Below, piece after piece: positions 60,904 through 64,000 of a stretch of DNA of 64,000 nt. Position numbers and translations under genes: made by a program. The stretch comes from Nitrosopumilus sp. (GTDB lineage: Archaea > Thermoproteota > Nitrososphaeria > Nitrososphaerales > Nitrosopumilaceae): NCBI GenBank assembly GCA_965238275.1, contig OZ250186.1:2080001-2144000 (forward strand). The letters run 5' to 3'. The notes under the pieces are model-generated. The model was not told where the DNA came from and ran no database searches. It was given only the letters and a program-made list of their open reading frames with translations. Numbering within the stretch: position 1 is the first letter of the stretch; each line of letters starts with the position of its first letter.

Positions 60904-62213
60904 TAGAATCGGAAGCGTCATCGGACTCGGTGGGGGGAAGGTCTATGACGCCCTCTGTTATCAGGAACTGGATTGCCTCTATGAAGGTGGCGTCATCTAT
61001 TACATCGCCTGCCCACAGTCCTGCATTGCGCTTTACCCAGGACGGGATGCTTACGGGTTCGTCGCTCACGGGTTCGTCGCCTGGAAATATCGTTATTGGA
61101 ACGAGCAGATAATCAGCGGGTCCCTCTGGAACAATATTTTCCTTAGCTTGGCCGTATATCCACACTGCATAGTCGACAGTGCCAGCATCCTCATCTACAG
61201 TCATTTCAAGAGAGTATTGGCCCGAGGTCGTATAGAGAACTCGCACACCTTCATCCTGTGCAAGTGATCTTATTGGCACACCAGAGTCATCCAGCACCAG
61301 AACATCAAACTGAACCTGGTTCAGGAACTCCGTGTCGTCCTCCTTTTTGATAAACTTGATAAGCCACTCCATCTCGCAGCCCTCGGCGGGATCCTCTGGC
61401 CCGTAGGAGACGTGTACCTGGTAGTGGTGGTGTTCGGTTGCCTTTTTGACCACGACTGTTCTTTGAACATCATCATCGCACCACGGCGGCAACAGATCAC
61501 TCCCCGTGGGGACTATGCCCGCAAACGGATTCTCCTGTACATACTGTTCATAGTCACGAAGTTCAAATTCATACTCTGTCGGAGGAATGCCTTCAGACAC
61601 ATGGACAAGTGTTGCAGCCTTAATCGGGAATGGGAAATCATCCACCACCCACACGTTGCTGACATATCCGCCCGTCTTCCAGGATATCCGAACAGTCTTC
61701 CATGTTCCTGCCGGAACAGTGACATCCTCGATCTCTTTTGGACGTATCTGCTCGCCGCCGATGTTTGCAATCTTGCCCCAGGATATATCAGTGAATGCCT
61801 TTGGGCCCTTCTGGCTCTCATCGATATTTGCAGTTGCATATGCAGACAGCCATGACACAGATGAGCCGAATGCACGCCTGTATTTATCCAGTTCAGGACT
61901 GCTGCCTGTCGGCTCAGGGATGAGTTTTCCCAGAGTCATATTTCCCACAATCACCTTGTTGCCGTCACGCACCACAACCTCTGCAAGCAGCTGTGTCTCA
62001 CTGCCGACTGTAACATCCCCCTTTATCCACATCTCAAAACTAAAATCCCTGCACTCCCTGTAGTCAAAATGACACATGGTATAATGAAAATAGTCGCCCT
62101 GCGCTAGTCCCTAGCCGACATACCATTCCCCCTCCTTGTCTACGCCGCCTGACTCGTACTGGGCAAATGCATCAGAAGAGTACGTCGCCAATAAAAGTAC
62201 CGTAATAGACAAG

Positions 62214-63895
62214 AGATCCTATGCAGAATGTGCCTGACGTGGCAAATCATAAAATCATGTCAGAACTGCGCTAGCCGTGGCCATATTTGAAAATCTCGTC
62301 TGCCGTATATTTTACAAATTTGTCTTGCACGTCCATGTGAAAAATCCAGTTTCCAGTATTGGATAATAAGGCACGTCCTGTGGATGTGCGGCATCCGTCC
62401 CCGGGGCGGCAGGTTGTTTCATGGGGAATGGTGGGGGAATTTGCACAAATATTGGATGCCGTGCGCGACATTCCTGCACTGCCTGATGCCACCTGCCTTT
62501 CACTCCGTCAGGCGGCTCGTGCCGCCCTGTCTCAGAGGCGCGCCCTTTTTTCGGCCAGCCTTTTGAGAAGGTCCGCGTCCCTGAGTTTTATTTCGTCCCA
62601 CATCAGATCCTGGTTTACCATTCCCGCAATCGCGTTGAGCTCGTCGTTGTACTCCTCCTCGGTGCCGTCGTACGGGTCAGTCAGCCTCTTGTACTGTTTC
62701 AGGCTTCCGATAACGTGCTCTATGGCCACACGGGAGCTGTTTACCCTCTTGTTGTAGGCGCGCTGCTTCTTTGTCAGGCCGCCGGTCTTTTTGTCGGCTC
62801 CACGCTTTTTCTTGTGCGGGTGCCTGATGTGCCATCCGGGATATTCCTCTCTTGTCCCTTGGTAGCCCTTGTCCATCAGGACGTCAGGCTTTTCCTTTTC
62901 GGGCACGTCCTTCTGGCCCATCCTTGCCGTAATGATTCCAAGGTTTGGCGGATCCTCGTTGAGCAGGGTCTTGTCGTGGACGCTGCCCGGAACGGTCTTG
63001 CTTATCGCCACTATCACGCGGCGCTTGTTGATCACGATGTTGGTATTGTACGTGTGCGCCTTCTTCTTGCCAGAGTACGTCTTTTTGCGCCTCTCCTTGT
63101 CCGCGGACCTTCTGACCCGGTTGTGCGTGCCGTCCACCATCAGTTCTCCTCCCCTCCTGCCGGGTATTATCTTCTTGCTCTCCTCGAGTGTCTTGGCCTT
63201 TTGTACAGCCTCGCTGATTTTGCGCGGCGCCGTGCCTGTCTCGCCTAGCAGCCTGGTCATCAACGGGAGATACCTGGAGACGGTGGCCTGGTCGACGCCA
63301 AACATCGCGGCAAGGGCTTCCTGCGGTATGCTCAGCCTTGTCCGAAGCAGCCACGGCAGGTACGCGTGCCTCAGGGGCAGGATGCGCCTGCTCCCGGAGT
63401 TTTTCGATCTGTTCTCGATTTCCCGGAAGAGCGCAGTCTCCCCGTTCCGCTCCAAAAGCTCCTCGAGGCGGTTCAGCGTGTGGCCAAACTTTTCCGGGGT
63501 GCGCAGCGTCATGGCGTGCAGGAATTCCGGATATTTTATGATGTCGTCGAGAACCCTCGACGTGACGGTCCAGTGATCAGTCAGGCGTTCCTTGAGCGCC
63601 TCGCACTTCTGTCGGTCTGTCCTGCGTGCTTCCCTGAGGGCCCTGATCCTCTGCCGGCAGGATTCATCCGACTCCCTGAGCGCCTCGTTTTCCTGCCGTA
63701 ATCTCTGCACCGTTGGATCGACTAGCATTGCCATCACGGTGTGGCGTAAAAATCACCGATCTTAACGTTTCGGTTATCCTTCTTGGATTGGCATGCTTTA
63801 CGATTCTGTGGATATTCGGCCGCATGTGGTGCCGCACGTGGGAATAACCCAATTTAATTCAGTTTTTTAAATCAGGCACATTCTGCATGAGATCT
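62214..63895 (-). mobile_element. IS5-family (ISL2-like) insertion sequence
   Basis: 24-bp TIR AGATCCTATGCAGAATGTGCCTGA vs rc AGATCTCATGCAGAATGTGCCTGA; 3-bp TSD AAG at 62211-62213 and 63896-63898. Confidence 0.88.
62532..63737 (-). CDS. IS5-family DDE_Tnp_4-type transposase
   Basis: LAAMFGVDQATVSR HTH, VDGT, YSGKKKAH, GSVHD, DKGYQG, RVAIEHVIG. Confidence 0.92.
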   Translation of the reverse strand: MMAMLVDPTVQRLRQENEALRESDESCRQRIRALREARRTDRQKCEALKERLTDHWTVTSRVLDDIIKYPEFLHAMTLRTPEKFGHTLNRLEELLERNGETALFREIENRSKNSGSRRILPLRHAYLPWLLRTRLSIPQEALAAMFGVDQATVSRYLPLMTRLLGETGTAPRKISEAVQKAKTLEESKKIIPGRRGGELMVDGTHNRVRRSADKERRKKTYSGKKKAHTYNTNIVINKRRVIVAISKTVPGSVHDKTLLNEDPPNLGIITARMGQKDVPEKEKPDVLMDKGYQGTREEYPGWHIRHPHKKKRGADKKTGGLTKKQRAYNKRVNSSRVAIEHVIGSLKQYKRLTDPYDGTEEEYNDELNAIAGMVNQDLMWDEIKLRDADLLKRLAEKRARL

Positions 63896-64000
63896 AAGGC
63901 TACAATTAGCACATTCAATATGTAAAATAGTAAACACGGATAATTAAAAGTTAGTTTAAAGGGTTGGGTGCCTGCAGAAGTAAGCGTTCACGTCCCCCCT

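Larger units (their letters stand above)
59266..63918 (-). pseudogene. Secreted/surface protein gene broken by two insertions and a nonsense codon (pieces 63918-63896, 62213-60904, 59392-59266)
   Basis: Removing both elements restores MNVLIVALSITVLLLATYSSDAFA... and ...DDASDSSEIPSWV...; in-frame TAG at 62111-62113; two IPSWVKRNAGLWA repeats. Confidence 0.85.

Noticed and set aside
59387-60906. TCACTATAG as a 9-bp target duplication of the tnpB element
   Set aside because: It would make the inverted repeats asymmetric, and collapsing it gives DSIVR, out of frame with EIPSW; the TA model restores the frame

Overview
Chromosomal segment of an archaeon, most consistent with ammonia-oxidising Nitrosopumilaceae (Thaumarchaeota/Nitrososphaerota). 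The evidence is SRP54/SRP19, aIF5A, aIF1A, TFB, eS8, Gar1, Pus10, intron-containing tRNA-Tyr and tRNA-Leu, and thaumarchaeal C-terminal 'IPxWV...GII' surface-protein repeats. Core content is translation/RNA-modification genes, ScpAB, SUF Fe-S assembly, tetrapyrrole/siroheme-to-heme genes in two blocks, PGK and SSB. A phosphate/arsenic region holds two tandem thymidylate-kinase-like genes with ppx and sixA, then aquaporin-arsC/arsR, phoU and pstSCAB. Five mobile elements have ends readable from the sequence: IS481 (16-bp target duplication), ISH3 (splits the P-loop-intact TMK-like gene), IS630, IS5-type, and a 1.5-kb transposase-less element. That last element is the most notable observation. 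It carries only an intact TnpB nuclease, yet it has IS630/Tc1-mariner-like terminal inverted repeats and a TA duplication rather than IS200/605/607-type ends. It and the IS5 element interrupt the same secreted-protein gene, which can be rebuilt in frame. All calls are from motif recognition and manual alignment; no database searches were run.
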